A DNA stretch of 52,563 nucleotides from a virus (taxonomy: Duplodnaviria; Heunggongvirae; Uroviricota; Caudoviricetes), in IMG/VR virus record IMGVR_UViG_2802428818_000001, positions 1-52,563 of that record; one strand, written 5' to 3'. The notes below the pieces were generated by a model. It saw only the letters and a program-made list of their open reading frames with translations, searched no databases and was not told the DNA's origin. How positions within the stretch are numbered: position 1 is the first letter of the stretch; each line of letters opens with the position of its first letter. Positions 50,845 to 52,563 of the stretch are shown piece by piece. The position numbers and the translations under genes are program-made.

Positions 50845-52443
50845 ATGACCCTGGTAAAACTGGCCTACAACGCCGTCACCGCTCAGCTCCTCGAAGTCTC
50901 AGATAAGGTCGCCGACACGGTTTCAGATCTCCTGTCCTATCAGGTCGCCGGCGCCGAGCACACTTTCGCCTTCACGCAGGGCACCTGGGACGGCAAGTCG
51001 AGCTTCTACGAATACAAGACCAACTCCTTCCCGGCTGGCTTTGCCTTCATGGTCCACAAGGAGCTGATGCGCCTTGGCTACAAGGTGCAGATCTACCGCA
51101 AGCCGCAGGTTGAGCCGCTTGGGCCCGAAAACCCGATCGTTGACGACTTCGGCAACGAAGATCCGCGCTATGCGCACCAACCCGAAGCGCTGCGCCGCGT
51201 CGAGAAGTTCGGCCGCGGCATCATCCAGGTCGCGACAGGCGGTGGTAAGTCGAAGATCGCCAAGCTGATCATGTTGCGCTATCGGCGCCCTACCCTCTTC
51301 CTGACGACGCGCAAGGTGCTGCTCTACCAAATGAAGAAGCAGATCGACGCGCTCGGCCTCAACACCGGCGTCATTGGCGACGGCGAAGAAAAGATGGTCA
51401 AGGGCGTCAACCTCGGCATGGTGCAGACGCTCGTTGAAGCGCTCGAAGAGCCGAACCTGCAGAAAGAGATCATCGCGGTCACGAAGTCGCATCACCGGTC
51501 GAAGAAGAAGGATTCGAACGTCACGCCGGAGAAGGTGCGCGAAATCGCTCAAGCCCGCTTTGACGAAAAAACGAAAAAGCGAAATCGCTATCTGAAATTC
51601 CTCGAGCTGATCGACGTGGTGATCGGCGAGGAAGCCCATGAAGCGGGCGGCAACAGCTATTACGAGATCCTGAAGCACTGCAAGAACGCTTCGATCCGCG
51701 TTGCGCTGACGGCCACCCCGTTCATGCGCGACTCGGCCGAAGACAATATGCGCCTGATGGCCGCTTTCGGCTCGGTGCTGATCCGGATTACCGAGGAGCA
51801 GCTCATCGAGTCCGGCGTGCTTGCCAAGCCGATCTTCAAATACGTGACCAGCCAGCCGCATCCGACGCTCTTCCGCTCGTCGCCATGGGCGCGCGCCTAC
51901 GAGTTCGGCTACATCAAGAACAACTTCATGCACAAGGACATCGTGCGTGACGCTCTGATGGCAAAGCGCTACGGGCTGCCGGTCCTGACCCTCATCCAGC
52001 GCATGGACCATGGCGAGATCCTCTTCAAGAAGTTCCAGCATGTCGGGCTGCGCACGGTGTTCCTGCGCGGCGAGAACAAGCAGGAGGAGCGCGAGGAGGC
52101 GCTGGCAGCGCTTGAGCGTGGCGAGATCGATGCGATCATCGGCTCGACGATCGTTGACGTCGGCGTTGACGTTCCGGGCATTGGCCTGGTGCAGCTCGCC
52201 GGAGGTGGTAAGGCCGAAGTCGCCCTTCGCCAGCGCATCGGCCGCGGCCTGCGCGCCAAGAAAAATATGCCGAACTACGCCTTCATCGCCGACTATTCTT
52301 GCTCCAACAACATTGCGCTCGCCGAGCACACCTCGACGCGCAAGGCTGTCGTCAAGAACACTCCCGGTTTTGGAGAGAACATTTTGCCCGCGAACCAGGA
52401 CTTCCCCTGGCATATCTTCGCAGCTCAGAGGAAAGCAGCATGA
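50845..52443 (+). CDS. SF2 (DExH) helicase
   Basis: ATGGGKS, GEEAHE, LTATP, DVGVDVP, QRIGRGLR; start 50845 preferred. Confidence 0.9.
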   Translation: MTLVKLAYNAVTAQLLEVSDKVADTVSDLLSYQVAGAEHTFAFTQGTWDGKSSFYEYKTNSFPAGFAFMVHKELMRLGYKVQIYRKPQVEPLGPENPIVDDFGNEDPRYAHQPEALRRVEKFGRGIIQVATGGGKSKIAKLIMLRYRRPTLFLTTRKVLLYQMKKQIDALGLNTGVIGDGEEKMVKGVNLGMVQTLVEALEEPNLQKEIIAVTKSHHRSKKKDSNVTPEKVREIAQARFDEKTKKRNRYLKFLELIDVVIGEEAHEAGGNSYYEILKHCKNASIRVALTATPFMRDSAEDNMRLMAAFGSVLIRITEEQLIESGVLAKPIFKYVTSQPHPTLFRSSPWARAYEFGYIKNNFMHKDIVRDALMAKRYGLPVLTLIQRMDHGEILFKKFQHVGLRTVFLRGENKQEEREEALAALERGEIDAIIGSTIVDVGVDVPGIGLVQLAGGGKAEVALRQRIGRGLRAKKNMPNYAFIADYSCSNNIALAEHTSTRKAVVKNTPGFGENILPANQDFPWHIFAAQRKAA

Positions 52444-52563
52444 CCCAGAAACAAGAGCGCCTGATCGACCCGATCCACTTCTTCAACTCCTGTGGGCTCT
52501 CGGCAATGTCCGAGAGCTTCTACCTCGAGGTCATCGAGCGGCTGCGCGCCGACAATGAGCGCC
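52440..52563 (+). CDS. Gene truncated by window edge (MTQKQERLIDP...)
   Basis: ATGA overlap with the helicase stop; open to the end of the window. Confidence 0.6.
   Translation, partial: MTQKQERLIDPIHFFNSCGLSAMSESFYLEVIERLRADNER

Larger units (their letters stand above)
1..52563. mobile_element. Temperate siphovirus-type phage / probable phage-plasmid (partial; extends past both window edges)
   Basis: Complete head, tail, lysis and packaging gene set plus repC replicon; no host genes or integrase seen in window. Confidence 0.9.

Noticed and set aside
1-52563. rRNA, tRNA, integrase/att sites, insertion sequences
   Set aside because: No supporting sequence was recognised by eye; tRNAscan-SE and ISEScan were not run.

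Overview
The whole window is one continuous temperate-phage segment with a long non-contractile (siphovirus-type) tail, most likely from a phage-plasmid of a Rhizobiaceae-type alphaproteobacterium. No host housekeeping genes, integrase, rRNA, tRNA or CRISPR array were recognised. From left to right it holds an XRE-type HTH regulator, a RHH-repC plasmid replicon with antisense-RNA-like control elements, ATP-dependent ligase, WGR protein, primase, DnaB and PhoH, tail fibres, an HTH-metallophosphoesterase, a lysis cassette, a lambda-like tail tip (J, I, K, L, M), tape measure, tail and head genes, portal and terminase, a GNAT / four small genes / ABC ATPase / 2x ParB module, and a divergent SF2 helicase. 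From memory, not from a search, this gene order resembles SSU5/pHCM2-type phage-plasmids, but with an alphaproteobacterial RepC initiator. The strongest unexplained signal is 20 copies of an 18-bp palindrome, T(A/C)A(G/A)T(C/A)AATATT(G/T)A(C/T)T(T/G)A, spread through most intergenic gaps. Other notable items are a shared leader on the major capsid and major tail genes, a second bipartite element found twice, a Tad2-like anti-defence cassette inserted between ABC ATPase and GNAT genes, and a head-protein module with a shared N-terminal domain next to a cadherin-SGNH esterase. All protein assignments come from motif recognition by eye; no database searches were run.
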